Below, piece by piece: positions 1 to 9,589 of a stretch of DNA of 44,935 bases. The stretch comes from Bacteroidota bacterium (lineage in GTDB: Bacteria; Bacteroidota; Rhodothermia; Rhodothermales; JBCCMF01). The notes beneath the pieces are model-generated. The model saw only the letters and a list, made by a program, of their open reading frames with translations. It was not told where the DNA came from and did not search any database. The stretch spans positions 1 to 44,935 of the forward strand of contig JBCCMF010000002.1 in NCBI GenBank assembly GCA_039026435.1, written 5' to 3'. A program made the translations under genes and the position numbers. Numbering within the stretch: position 1 is the stretch's first letter; each line of letters begins with the position of its first letter.

Positions 1-1
1 C

Positions 2-3000
2 ACCACCCGGACGGACATCGCCACGGAAGGCTATGGCAATGCGGAGGCCGAAGTCGAGATTCCGACAGCTGGCGAGGCCGAGGTGACGCTTCGGGTAGAC
101 GTGACGCGTGGCGAGATCCGGGGCACGGTGGGCGTTCCAGCGGCGAGCGTTACCGTGACCGATGTAGCCACCAGCGAGGTCGTCCGGTCTGTTTCGGCCA
201 CCTCCTCGGGGGCGTACCGCGCTACGCTGCTGCCCGCTGGGACGTATCGCGTCCGGCCGCAGCGCACGGGCTTCACCTTCACGCCTGCCACACGAGACGT
301 CACCGTCGGCAATACGGGCGAGGCGACGGCATCGTTCACCGCCAACTCGGTGCAGGCTACGCTCGTCGTCCAGGCCTTCCGCGCGGGCAACCCGCTGTCT
401 GACGTGCAGGTGACCGTCATCAGCGCCGACGGGGCGATCACGCAGACGGGCACCACCGATGCCGAGGGCACGGCGCGCTTCGCCTCGCTAACGGGAGGCC
501 TCACGTACACGGTGGGCGCCACGCGCGCGGGCTTCCAAACGTCGCCAGCGACGCAAACCGTGGCGTTGGCCGTGGGGGCGACGGAAACCATCCAGTTCAC
601 GCTCACGGCCAGCACCGCGCGCCTGAGTGGAACGGTACAGGCCGAGGGGGAACGGCTCGGCGGCGCCCTCATCACAGCCACCACAGCAGCAGGAGCGAGC
701 TTCAGCACCACGCAGCCCGATGTGGGCGCGTACGTTCTGGACAACCTCCCCGCCGCTACCTACACCGTCGCCGCCACGCGCGATGGCTACCGCTCGGCTG
801 AGCAAACCATCGCGCTGTCCGATGGTGAGGTGCGCGATGACATCGACTTCGACCTCATCCCCGAGCTGGTCCGGCTCACGGGTGAGGTGCGCTACGCAGG
901 CGCGGGCCTCTCGGAGGTAAACGTGACCGCCACAGGCCCGACGACGCGCTCGGCGGTGACCGACGCCGATGGGCGCTTCACGATCACGGCGCCCCTCAGC
1001 GGTACGGCCACCGATACGACGGTCTACGTCGTCAGCATCGGTGGCGATGGAACGCTGCCGCGCCGCACGGCCGTCCTCCCGCTCACGGGCGCGCAGACGG
1101 GCACGACGATACCCGTCCCGGCCTTCGTCGTCCCCAGCGGTCAAGTGGTGTTCAGGCTTACCGATGGGCTGCAGCCCCTGGCGAATGTCACCGTGCAGCT
1201 CGTGGGCGAAGCCGGGCAGTTCCAGACAGGCCAGACCGACGCCGCAGGGCAGTTTGCGTCTGGCGCCACCCTGGAGCGCGGTGCCTACCGCCTCGCCATC
1301 AGCACGGCCGACCGTCTGCTCCCCGATGAGGCGCTGTTCCGTGTCGTCCTGGCCAGCGACACGGACCGGGTGACGCGCACAATGGCGCTGCCCTACCGGT
1401 TCGTGCGCCCCGCCGCCGTCACCAGCACCGACCCTACGCCCATCCGCATCGCTTTTCCCACGGGCTTTACGCCCGCTGGCGCGGCGGCCCGCTTCACCTA
1501 CCGGCCCACGCCTGCAGCGCCACAAGAGACGCGTCCGCTGAAACGCGACGGCGACGCCTTCGTCGGTACGCTCCCGCCAACCTTCTCGCTTGATCCTATC
1601 GAAGTCATTGCCGAGGTGCAATCTGCCGAACTCACCTACCGCAGCGCTCCGCTTCAGCTGGTGCCTACGCGGTCCGGCGTGCTCTCGGCGCTCCAGGTCG
1701 TCCCCAACCTGGACGGCACGCTCCTCCGGCCCAACGATACGTACCTGCTCAGCCTGCAGCTCTTTGACGGTCTGGGCGAGCCCATCGTCTTTGCCGAGGC
1801 CAACGGCACCGTCGCGTGGACCAGCGATCGCCCAGCGGCCCAGCTTAGCCTCCCCGATAGCAGCACGCCCACCTCGGCCCAGCTGCGCGTGACGGCACCG
1901 GGGATGTATACGGTCACGGTCCGCGCCATGCTCAACGGGCTGACGCGCACCCGCTCGTTTACCTTCCGCGTGGAGGATGCGGCGCTGCAAGAGATGACGT
2001 TAGCCGCGCCCGTCACGCGCCTCGCCAACACCGCGCCCGGCATACGCCTAGCCTACACCGGCGTGCTCCCTGACGGCACGGGCCTCACCTTGGGCGAGGA
2101 GGTGCAGTGGCGCGTCACGCCTGCAGCGGTGGGCGTAGTGGATGCAGGCGGTTTCTTCCGGCCTACCGATCCGCAGTTCATCGGCCCCTTCACTATCCAG
2201 CTTGACGACCCGCTCTCCGGCCTCCAGGCTACGACCACGCTCGACCTGTTCGCCCGCGTGGACGGCGCGCAGGACTACCTGCTGACCAGCGGGCCGCGCC
2301 TCGCGCTGACGCTGCCGCAAGGCGCTATCCCCTTCCCTGCCGAGATCGGCCTGGCAAGCGGGGCGACCGCGTTGGCCAACCAGCAGGTGTTCGACGCCGA
2401 GCGCCGTGCCTTCCGCGTGGCAGCACCGACGTACCGGGTGCAGTTTCGGGCCAACCAAGCCCTCCCCGGCGACAGCCTCGCCGCCGATGCCGCCCTCGCG
2501 CTGCAGTTCACGCCACGCGACACGCTGGGCGCCGCTGCCGTCACGATGGCACGCTACAACCCCGGCCAGCTCCAGTGGGCGCCGTACCGCGATGCGGAAA
2601 CAGCAGGGCAGTACGTGATGACCGAGCAGGTGCGGCGGCTGGGCGAGTTCGGGGTGCTGCTGCAGAGCACACCGCTCGGCCTCGAACACGCCGCCGTGCT
2701 GCCGTCGCCGTTCTCGCCCGATGTGGGCGTGGCGAAGATCGGCTATATCCTCTCGACCACGGCGCCCCCTGCCCGCGTCGATGTCACCGTGTACAACCTG
2801 CAGGGCGAACGCATCCGCACGCTCCTGGCCGACGACCCGCAGCTGCCCGGACGCTACGGCGGCCGCACCAGCCTGAAGCCCATCGCCTGGGACGGCCGCA
2901 CAGACAGTGGGCGGCTGGCGCGCAACGGGCGCTACGTCATCCGCATCCGCGCCCGCGACAGCAGCGGCGAGGTCACCCAACTCCTGCCCGTGGTGCTGGT

Positions 3001-3007
3001 GAAATGA
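2..3007 (+). CDS. Large secreted/surface protein (5'-truncated) with carboxypeptidase-regulatory-like beta-sandwich repeats and a C-terminal FlgD-Ig/T9SS-type sorting domain
   Basis: Frame is open from position 2. About five repeats of the G-x-V...T-D-x-x-G-x-F/Y...Y-x-V...G-Y/F type. C-terminus PSPFSP...VYNLQGERIRTL...WDGRTDSGRLARNGRYVIRI...VVLVK is typical of FlgD-Ig/T9SS CTDs. Confidence 0.8.
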   Translation, partial: TTRTDIATEGYGNAEAEVEIPTAGEAEVTLRVDVTRGEIRGTVGVPAASVTVTDVATSEVVRSVSATSSGAYRATLLPAGTYRVRPQRTGFTFTPATRDVTVGNTGEATASFTANSVQATLVVQAFRAGNPLSDVQVTVISADGAITQTGTTDAEGTARFASLTGGLTYTVGATRAGFQTSPATQTVALAVGATETIQFTLTASTARLSGTVQAEGERLGGALITATTAAGASFSTTQPDVGAYVLDNLPAATYTVAATRDGYRSAEQTIALSDGEVRDDIDFDLIPELVRLTGEVRYAGAGLSEVNVTATGPTTRSAVTDADGRFTITAPLSGTATDTTVYVVSIGGDGTLPRRTAVLPLTGAQTGTTIPVPAFVVPSGQVVFRLTDGLQPLANVTVQLVGEAGQFQTGQTDAAGQFASGATLERGAYRLAISTADRLLPDEALFRVVLASDTDRVTRTMALPYRFVRPAAVTSTDPTPIRIAFPTGFTPAGAAARFTYRPTPAAPQETRPLKRDGDAFVGTLPPTFSLDPIEVIAEVQSAELTYRSAPLQLVPTRSGVLSALQVVPNLDGTLLRPNDTYLLSLQLFDGLGEPIVFAEANGTVAWTSDRPAAQLSLPDSSTPTSAQLRVTAPGMYTVTVRAMLNGLTRTRSFTFRVEDAALQEMTLAAPVTRLANTAPGIRLAYTGVLPDGTGLTLGEEVQWRVTPAAVGVVDAGGFFRPTDPQFIGPFTIQLDDPLSGLQATTTLDLFARVDGAQDYLLTSGPRLALTLPQGAIPFPAEIGLASGATALANQQVFDAERRAFRVAAPTYRVQFRANQALPGDSLAADAALALQFTPRDTLGAAAVTMARYNPGQLQWAPYRDAETAGQYVMTEQVRRLGEFGVLLQSTPLGLEHAAVLPSPFSPDVGVAKIGYILSTTAPPARVDVTVYNLQGERIRTLLADDPQLPGRYGGRTSLKPIAWDGRTDSGRLARNGRYVIRIRARDSSGEVTQLLPVVLVK

Positions 3008-3996
3008 GGCGGCGGCTGTGGCTCCATATCGCCCTCGGCAGCATGCTGCTCCTCGTTGCGGCCCACGTGCCACACGCTCACGCACAGCGACTAGCGCCGC
3101 AGGTCGGCGCGTTCGCAGACATCGGCCTCGGCGCCCGTCCGGCAGCGCTTGGGCAGGCGTATGTGGGGCTGGCCGATGATGCGTTTGCCGTGCTCTGGAA
3201 CCCGGCCGGGCTGGGTCAGCACAGCGCGGCGGCAGTGGGGCTGTCATACGCCGAGCAGTGGAGCCTGATCGAGTACCAGTCGGCCGTGCTCGCGGTGCCT
3301 GTGCGCACAGGCGGCCTCGGCTTGGCGGTGTTATCGTCGGGAGATGACGCCCTGCGCGAGGTGACGCTCACGAGCGGCTACGCGCACACCCTCGGCGCGC
3401 TGCACCTCGGCCTCGCGCTCAAATACCGCCATGCCAGCTTCGGCAACAACACCTACCGCGACGGCGACCTGGTGGCCTTCGACCCCGACGAGATCGCCGA
3501 GGGACTGGCGCAGCAGGTGCAGGGCACCGCCGTCGGGTTCGGCGTCGACGTGGGGGTGATGCTCCAAGTTACGCCGCGCATCAGCGTGGGAGCCGTCGTG
3601 CAGGACGTCTATGCGCCCGTCTCGTGGGCATCGTCGGCGCGCAGCACGACGCGGCAAGTACGAGGCGCCTACGAGGAGCACGTACCGTTCCGGCTGGCGG
3701 TGGGCAGCGCCTACAAGCTCACCAATCGCTTCACCGTGGCCGCCGACTATCGCCCGGCGCTGAGCGACGAGCGGGCGGATGCGCTTCACGTGGGCGGCGA
3801 GGTGTACCTGATTGATGTGCTGCGCCTGCGCGGCGGCGTGCACCAGCGCGTGGGCGTTCAGCCTGAGCAGCGCTACAGCTTCGGGATGGGCGTGGCCCTG
3901 CCGCTCGCACCAACCCTCACCCTCGGCGGCGACTACGCCTACCTCGTCCAGCCGCTTGGCAGCACCCAGCACCTCACCCTCAGCCTCACGTTTTGA
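3004..3996 (+). CDS. PorV/PorQ (UPF0164)-like outer-membrane beta-barrel protein
   Basis: ATG at 3004 overlaps the upstream TGA (ATGA). Signal peptide ending AHA-Q, motif FADIGLGARPAALGQAYVGLADDAFAVLWNPAGL, amphipathic strands, terminal Phe. Confidence 0.8.
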   Translation: MRRRLWLHIALGSMLLLVAAHVPHAHAQRLAPQVGAFADIGLGARPAALGQAYVGLADDAFAVLWNPAGLGQHSAAAVGLSYAEQWSLIEYQSAVLAVPVRTGGLGLAVLSSGDDALREVTLTSGYAHTLGALHLGLALKYRHASFGNNTYRDGDLVAFDPDEIAEGLAQQVQGTAVGFGVDVGVMLQVTPRISVGAVVQDVYAPVSWASSARSTTRQVRGAYEEHVPFRLAVGSAYKLTNRFTVAADYRPALSDERADALHVGGEVYLIDVLRLRGGVHQRVGVQPEQRYSFGMGVALPLAPTLTLGGDYAYLVQPLGSTQHLTLSLTF

Positions 3997-5654
3997 TGCG
4001 CCGCCTGTGGTCATACCGCCTGTGGAGCATCGGAGTCCTGCTACTGTGTTGCGCGCTGCCCGCCGTGGCGCAGCGCAGCGACTTCACGGTGGAGCGGTGG
4101 AACGGTGGCGCCCTCCGCAGCGATGTACGGCTCGGGCTCAACCTCTCGGGCGGTGGGCCGCAGGCGGGCACGATGGGGGGCTTGCATCGGACGCTAGACA
4201 GCCGAGGGCTCGCCGGGCTCTACACCAACCCCGCCCTGCTCGGCCGCACCGCCTCCGGCTTTGCCACCGTCGATCTGCATGGCCGCGTGACGAGTCGGCT
4301 CCTCGGCCTCTCGCTGGGCGACCTGATCGGCGACTCCACCCTGACGGATGCCACCGATCAACTGCTCGATGACCTCGACTACGCGGATGACCAGTCGCGC
4401 TTCTACACCGACGAGGAACGCCTGGACGCCGAGGTGCGCGGCCGCGTCCCTGCGTTCGGCCTCGCCCTCTCGCTGGGCGATGGGCTGGCGGTGGGCGTCG
4501 GCTTTCACCAGCCTGCCGCCATCGACGTGGCCGTGGCAGGCGGCGGCTTCGAGACGCTGCTCGCAGGTGCCAACACGGCCGCCGACGACCCGTTCAGCAT
4601 CGACGTGCTCGCTGGCCTCAACGCCGATGCCGCGTTCAGCCTGACGCTTGATGTGCTGACGGGCGCGCTGGGCTGGGCACGCACCGGGCGCGATGGCAGC
4701 CAGTGGGGCCTGGGCGCAGGCGTCAGCCACTACCGCCTGGACCATCGCCTGCGCGCTGAGGCGCTGGTGCAAGGCACGCTGCTCATCAACGGCGTCACCC
4801 CCTTCGCCTACAACGACCCCAACGACGCGCGCCTTGACGCGGACGAGACGAACCGGCTGTTCTTGCGGATGGGCACCGAGGCGCGCACCACCGCCTGGGG
4901 CGGGCACGTCGGCGCGTTCTACATCGGCCCGGAGGCGCGCTTCGCCTTGTCTGCGGCCTACACGCATCGCCCGTCGTTCACGCTCACCGACCCCGATGCC
5001 TTCGCCGAGAGCTACCTGCCCATGTTCGTCGATCTCGACGGCACGCTCGACCCCGACGAGGCCGCGGGCGAGACGGAGCTGTTTGACGTAGAACGCGTGG
5101 ACATCGCCCGCCCATCCCTGACCACGCGCACCGCCGACAGCCTGGGGCAACACGTGACGTTCGAGCAGCCGCATGCGCTCACCCTCGGCGTGGATGTGCG
5201 GTCCGGGCGCCATCTGTTTTCGCTCAACGTAGCGCCCTACTTCGGCGACCTCGTGTACGCCCTCGATTACAGCGGCCCGCGACGGCTGGGGAAAGCGATG
5301 AGCACCGCCATTCGTCTCGGCATCGACATCGGCCTGGCCGATGACCTCTACGACCAACCCCTGGCTACGCTGCCGCTCCGCCTGCTTTTCCTCGACCTCG
5401 ACGGCTGGCTCTTCCAGCTGATGCGTGATGACACGGGCTACAGCAATCCGCGCTACCGCCTGACAGCCGGGGGTGCCCTCGGGGCGTCTATCGACGACGG
5501 CTTCGGCTTCTCCGCTGCTTTCCTCGACGGCCTCACGCCCACCGCGCTCATCCTCAGCCGTCAGTACACGCTCTACGACCGGCTGGACGTGGGCGTTGTC
5601 GTGCTGGGCTACCCCGATGTGGCCTTCCGCATCGCCCTAGGCGTGGTGCTGTGA
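3996..5654 (+). CDS. Putative outer-membrane beta-barrel protein (FadL/PorV-like NPA motif), unknown function
   Basis: TGATG coupling to the upstream gene. Signal peptide ending AVA-Q, GLYTNPALL motif, many alternating hydrophobic strands and acidic loops. Confidence 0.6.
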   Translation: MRRLWSYRLWSIGVLLLCCALPAVAQRSDFTVERWNGGALRSDVRLGLNLSGGGPQAGTMGGLHRTLDSRGLAGLYTNPALLGRTASGFATVDLHGRVTSRLLGLSLGDLIGDSTLTDATDQLLDDLDYADDQSRFYTDEERLDAEVRGRVPAFGLALSLGDGLAVGVGFHQPAAIDVAVAGGGFETLLAGANTAADDPFSIDVLAGLNADAAFSLTLDVLTGALGWARTGRDGSQWGLGAGVSHYRLDHRLRAEALVQGTLLINGVTPFAYNDPNDARLDADETNRLFLRMGTEARTTAWGGHVGAFYIGPEARFALSAAYTHRPSFTLTDPDAFAESYLPMFVDLDGTLDPDEAAGETELFDVERVDIARPSLTTRTADSLGQHVTFEQPHALTLGVDVRSGRHLFSLNVAPYFGDLVYALDYSGPRRLGKAMSTAIRLGIDIGLADDLYDQPLATLPLRLLFLDLDGWLFQLMRDDTGYSNPRYRLTAGGALGASIDDGFGFSAAFLDGLTPTALILSRQYTLYDRLDVGVVVLGYPDVAFRIALGVVL

Positions 5655-5686
5655 TGCCATCCCTCAGAATCGAACGGCCCTGGTCT

Positions 5687-8098
5687 TCATCGAGTGGCGA
5701 GGGTGGCCTGCTGACGCTCGAAGGCGGCGATGCCGTCGTCGAGGAAGCCCGCGAACTCCTCAACCGAGGCCATGCCGCTGTGCTGCACCAAACGCGTGCG
5801 CGTGGCAGGCTCAACGATGGCGTAGGTGGGCAGCGCGACGGTCTGCGTCAGGTCGAGCTGGAACTGTTGAAACTCGGCCATGCGGTCGAGGTCGTCGGTG
5901 AACACCTTCAGCAGAACGAACCGCTCGGCGAGGCGCTCGGCCACAGGCGGCTTCGGGAAGACGTTGGCCTCCATGCTGCGGCAGTTGGTGCACGTGTAGC
6001 CCGTGAAGTCGATGAACAGCGGCTTACTCTGCGCCTCGGCCTCGATGAAGGCGCGCTCGATGTCGTCCTTGATCCAGCCGTCCCCCACAAGACTTGGCAC
6101 GGTCGAATTGGTAGAGGCCATCGCGGGCGAGGAGGTGCTGCTGATAAACTGGGGCGGCAGGTAGGCATCGAGCGCACCGAGCGGAGCGCCGTAGAGGCCC
6201 GAGAGCAGATACACCGAGAGGCCCAGGAAGCCCATCCCGCCAAACAATCGCCCTACGCCTAACCGCTCTACCGCTACATCGTCTTTGAGCTGGAGCTTGC
6301 CGAGCAGGTAGAAGCCCGCCACCGCAAAGATGACGACGGTCAGCGCAATCGCGAGCGAGCGCGAGATCAGGTTGGTGCCCCACACGAGATCGGCGTTCGA
6401 CAGAAACTTGATGGCCGCCGCTAGCTCAACGAAGCCCAACGTCACCTTGACGGCTTGCATCCACGCCCCCGACTTCGGCAGCGACTGCAGGCCGCGCGGG
6501 AAGAGCGCGAAGAGCACAAACGGGAAGGCGAACACGCTGCTGAAGACCAGCATGCCCAACACGGGCGAGCCCCACGAGCCCGCCGCCGTAGCCGCCAGCA
6601 GCCCGCCGACGAACGGCACCGTGCACGAGAACGACACCAGTGTCAGCGTCAGGCCCATGAACACTACACCGGTGTAGCCCGCCTGCGTGGTGCCCTGCGT
6701 GTTGACGTAGTTCATGAGCCCCGTCGGCGCACGCAGTTCGAACAGCCCGAGCAGCGAGAGGGCGAACACGACGAAGGTGAGCCCGATAAGCAGGTTGACC
6801 CACGGGTTGGCCGCTATCGACTGGGCACCCGCCGCGCCGACGAGCAGGGCCATCAGGATGCCCAGCCCGGTGAATGTAGCCACGATCGCCAGTCCGTACA
6901 CCGACGCCATCTGCACGGCCTCGCGCCGCGTGCCCGCGTGCTTGGTGAAGTACGACACCGTCAGCGGAATCATGGGGAAGACGCACGGCGTCAGCAGGGC
7001 AGCGAGTCCCGCCCCTGCGGCCAAGAGCAAGAAGCCCCACAGCCCACTGCTCGCGCTTGTGCCTGCAGCGGGGGCCTCCAGCGGTACCACCGTCAGCGTT
7101 GCTTCGAAGCGCTCGGTCTGCGGGATGCAGAGCTGGTCGTTGCACACCATGTACTTCAAGTCCCCGTCCAGGCGATGGTCACCTGGGATGGCGCCCGCGG
7201 TCACTTGTACGGGGAGCCCGAACAGCGCCTGCTCGGAGAACGTGTGCGTGTCCTCCTCGAAGTTGGGATCGTAGGCTACATCGGGGGTTTGCTGCGTCAC
7301 CGCGCCGTTCGGCACCAGCCCCGAGGGCCACGCTGGGCTCGGCGATACGGTGAAGGGCAATCCAGCGGGCGTGTCGGTGGCATATATCTTCCAGCCGTCG
7401 GCGATGGTGGCCTCGAACATGAGCGCGGCCTGCCCACCCGGCGCGACGGCCTCGGGATCGGCGTAGACGCGCCACCGCACCTCATCGCCTGTCACTTGCG
7501 TGCCACTTCCGAACGCATTCCCGCCCAGCATCGGGAGGCTGCCTCGCGTGGATGGGGCGTCTTGCGCGGCCTCCACCATCAGCGAAGTCGTGAACGGACG
7601 CGGCGTGGGCGGCAAGCACATCTCGGACGTGCAGATCATGAACGTGATCGTGCCCGTCAGCTGGTGCGTGCCTGCGGCCTCGGCATCCAGGGTGTGCCCG
7701 ATGCGCGCTTCACGCTCGAACGTGCGCACGTCAATGTCAAAGTTGGGATCGTAGCCTTCGTCCGGCGCGGCTTGCCACGGCCCATCGGCCACGGTGATGC
7801 CTGCAGGTAGTGCATCAAGGCCAATGGTCACGGCGCGGCTAGGCGGCGGTGAGTCGAGCGCATACATCTTCCATCCGCCTGCAATCGTCGCCGTGTGGAT
7901 CAGCTCAACCTGCTCCCCCGCTTCTGCCGTCGCGGGCTCCACCGTCGTCGTCCACTGCACCAGCTCATCTACCGAGGCGATGCCTTGCGCACGTACTTCG
8001 CCCACTCTCAGCATGAGGAGGAGCAGGCCAGCGAAAACGACCCAGGCAACCCCAACACATGGCTTTTTGCCTTTCAAGGCATTACGCAACGCTTCCAC
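5687..8098 (-). CDS. dsbD: Thiol:disulfide interchange protein DsbD with two N-terminal Ig-like domains
   Basis: Two N-domains (CTSEMC, CNDQLC), TM-domain cysteines (LLTPCVFPMIP, SFSCTVP) and C-terminal thioredoxin FTGYTCTNC. Start uncertain: GTG 8098, TTG 8077 or ATG 8200. Confidence 0.9.
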   Translation of the reverse strand: MEALRNALKGKKPCVGVAWVVFAGLLLLMLRVGEVRAQGIASVDELVQWTTTVEPATAEAGEQVELIHTATIAGGWKMYALDSPPPSRAVTIGLDALPAGITVADGPWQAAPDEGYDPNFDIDVRTFEREARIGHTLDAEAAGTHQLTGTITFMICTSEMCLPPTPRPFTTSLMVEAAQDAPSTRGSLPMLGGNAFGSGTQVTGDEVRWRVYADPEAVAPGGQAALMFEATIADGWKIYATDTPAGLPFTVSPSPAWPSGLVPNGAVTQQTPDVAYDPNFEEDTHTFSEQALFGLPVQVTAGAIPGDHRLDGDLKYMVCNDQLCIPQTERFEATLTVVPLEAPAAGTSASSGLWGFLLLAAGAGLAALLTPCVFPMIPLTVSYFTKHAGTRREAVQMASVYGLAIVATFTGLGILMALLVGAAGAQSIAANPWVNLLIGLTFVVFALSLLGLFELRAPTGLMNYVNTQGTTQAGYTGVVFMGLTLTLVSFSCTVPFVGGLLAATAAGSWGSPVLGMLVFSSVFAFPFVLFALFPRGLQSLPKSGAWMQAVKVTLGFVELAAAIKFLSNADLVWGTNLISRSLAIALTVVIFAVAGFYLLGKLQLKDDVAVERLGVGRLFGGMGFLGLSVYLLSGLYGAPLGALDAYLPPQFISSTSSPAMASTNSTVPSLVGDGWIKDDIERAFIEAEAQSKPLFIDFTGYTCTNCRSMEANVFPKPPVAERLAERFVLLKVFTDDLDRMAEFQQFQLDLTQTVALPTYAIVEPATRTRLVQHSGMASVEEFAGFLDDGIAAFERQQATLATR

Positions 8099-8100
8099 AT

Positions 8101-8195
8101 TGTCATCCCGACGCCCATAGGAAGGAGGGATCTCCCCCTTTGAGGCTTTGCACAACGTTACCGGGGGAGATCCCTCGGCTTCGCTCGGGATGACA
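8101..8195. repeat. TGTC-type palindromic repeat (REP/MITE-like), copy 1
   Basis: Ends TGTCATCCCGA...TCGGGATGACA, with inner IR GAGGGATCTCCCC/GGGGAGATCCCTC. Confidence 0.85.
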
Positions 8196-8282
8196 GTCAT
8201 AACGGTCACAGCTTGATTGGACGTGTTTGGCTCTGATGTAGCCAGACGTTTGTCTGTTACCAACGCAAAATGCGGCGGTTCT

Positions 8283-8325
8283 CAAACACAGAAAGGGTGC
8301 CTACCCGAAGGCAAGCACCCTTTCC
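8283..8325 (-). terminator. Rho-independent terminator of rpsF-rpsR-rplI
   Basis: Minus strand GAAAGGGTGCTTGCC-TTCG-GGTAGGCACCCTTTC followed by TGTGTTTG, 20 nt after the rplI stop. Confidence 0.85.
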
Positions 8326-8344
8326 AAACTCAACGCCAGCGCGC

Positions 8345-8803
8345 TCATTCGAGGCCGTCTTCCAGCGGCTCCACGCGGAATTTCAGCTTGGCGAACACGT
8401 CCGTTTGGACCTTCACCGTAGCCGTATACACGCCGATGAGGCGAATCTCCTCGTCGATCTCGATGTTGCGGCGGTCGATGGCGAAGCCGTGCGTGGCGAG
8501 GGTGACCGCGATCTGCTGCGGCGTGATGGTGCCGAAGATGCGGTTCTCTTCGCCCACTTTGGCTTGCAGCACCAGGTCGAGCGCTTCGAGCTGACGGGCC
8601 ACTTCCTTGGCCTGCTCCTTGTCGGCCTGGCGCTTGCGGGCTTGCTGGCGGATGACTTCTTCGCGCATCTTGACGGCGCTCTTCGTAGCGATCACGCCCA
8701 GCTTACGCGGAATGAGGTAGTTGCGTCCGTAGCCGTTTTTGACCGAGACAATGTCCCCGGCCTCGCCCAGCTTTTCGACGTCTTCTAACAAAAGGACTTG
8801 CAT
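8345..8803 (-). CDS. rplI: 50S ribosomal protein bL9
   Basis: MQVLLLEDVEKLGEAGDIVSVKNGYGRNYLIP signature; operon context. Confidence 0.98.
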   Translation of the reverse strand: MQVLLLEDVEKLGEAGDIVSVKNGYGRNYLIPRKLGVIATKSAVKMREEVIRQQARKRQADKEQAKEVARQLEALDLVLQAKVGEENRIFGTITPQQIAVTLATHGFAIDRRNIEIDEEIRLIGVYTATVKVQTDVFAKLKFRVEPLEDGLE

Positions 8804-8875
8804 AGGATTCGGATTCAGGAGCGCCGCAGGCTACACCGGGCGCTCGGCGTTCGAGGGAATGGACGGGCGGCGCGC

Positions 8876-9103
8876 TTAGCGCACCGTTTCGTTGACGAAC
8901 GGAATCAGCGCCAGGTGCCGGGCGCGCTTGACGGCACGCGTAAGCTGACGCTGAAACTTGGCCGGGACGTTGCTGATGCGGCGTGGCAGGATCTTGCCCT
9001 GCTCGTTCACAAAGCGCAGCAGCATGTCCGTGTCCTTGTAGTCCACGTACTCCACCGTCGTGGGGTCGAACTTGGTTTCCTTATTGTTGTCGTTTCTAGC
9101 CAT
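8876..9103 (-). CDS. rpsR: 30S ribosomal protein bS18 (no zinc-binding cysteines)
   Basis: VDYKD...GKILPRRIS...[19 protein letters not shown]. Confidence 0.98.
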   Translation of the reverse strand: MARNDNNKETKFDPTTVEYVDYKDTDMLLRFVNEQGKILPRRISNVPAKFQRQLTRAVKRARHLALIPFVNETVR

Positions 9104-9130
9104 GAGAGTCGGATCGGTTTGGAGGTGAGC

Positions 9131-9502
9131 TTATGCGTCGGTGCTTTCGGCAGCAGCGGCGTCGGCCTTGGCCTTGCGGGTCCGCTCGTAGTGGCGGATC
9201 ATCTTGGCGTCCATTCGCAGCGTGAGGTAGCGCAGGATGTCGTCGTCGATTTCCATCGAGCGCTCGATGCGCGGGATGCTGGGGCCGATCAGGTTGGCGT
9301 ACAGGTTCACGTAGTACCCGTTGCGCTTCTTCTCGATCGGATAGGCCAGGCGGCGCGAGCCCCACTCGTCGGTGTCTACGACTTCGCCTCCGTTCTTCTC
9401 GATGATCTCTTTCACACGGGCTACGACGTTCTTGATCTGGTCGTCGTTGAGCACCGCGTTGATGATGTACGTCAGTTCGTACAGGTTGCGGGTTTCGGTC
9501 AT
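9131..9502 (-). CDS. rpsF: 30S ribosomal protein bS6
   Basis: YELTYII...WGSRRLAYPIEKKRNGYY...ILRYL. ATG at 9502 is preceded by GGGAG. Confidence 0.97.
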   Translation of the reverse strand: MTETRNLYELTYIINAVLNDDQIKNVVARVKEIIEKNGGEVVDTDEWGSRRLAYPIEKKRNGYYVNLYANLIGPSIPRIERSMEIDDDILRYLTLRMDAKMIRHYERTRKAKADAAAAESTDA

Positions 9503-9589
9503 ACAGGTCTCCCTACGGTATGATGAACAAATCATGCCCGTGCGCCACCCAAGGCCCACGAGCAGGGCGATTACAGAATAGCTAATATA
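9503..9589 (-). promoter_or_regulatory. rpsF promoter (-10 TATATT) and putative S6:S18-type leader RNA
   Basis: TATATT at 9589-9584. Stem TGCTCGTG/CACGGGCA at 9564-9535. CCG lies just before the SD-like AGGGAG, and an upstream CCCT could pair with it. Confidence 0.5.

Noticed and set aside
2575-3003. 5' extension of the PorV-like ORF
   Set aside because: It overlaps the upstream gene; the signal peptide begins at the coupled ATG at 3004.
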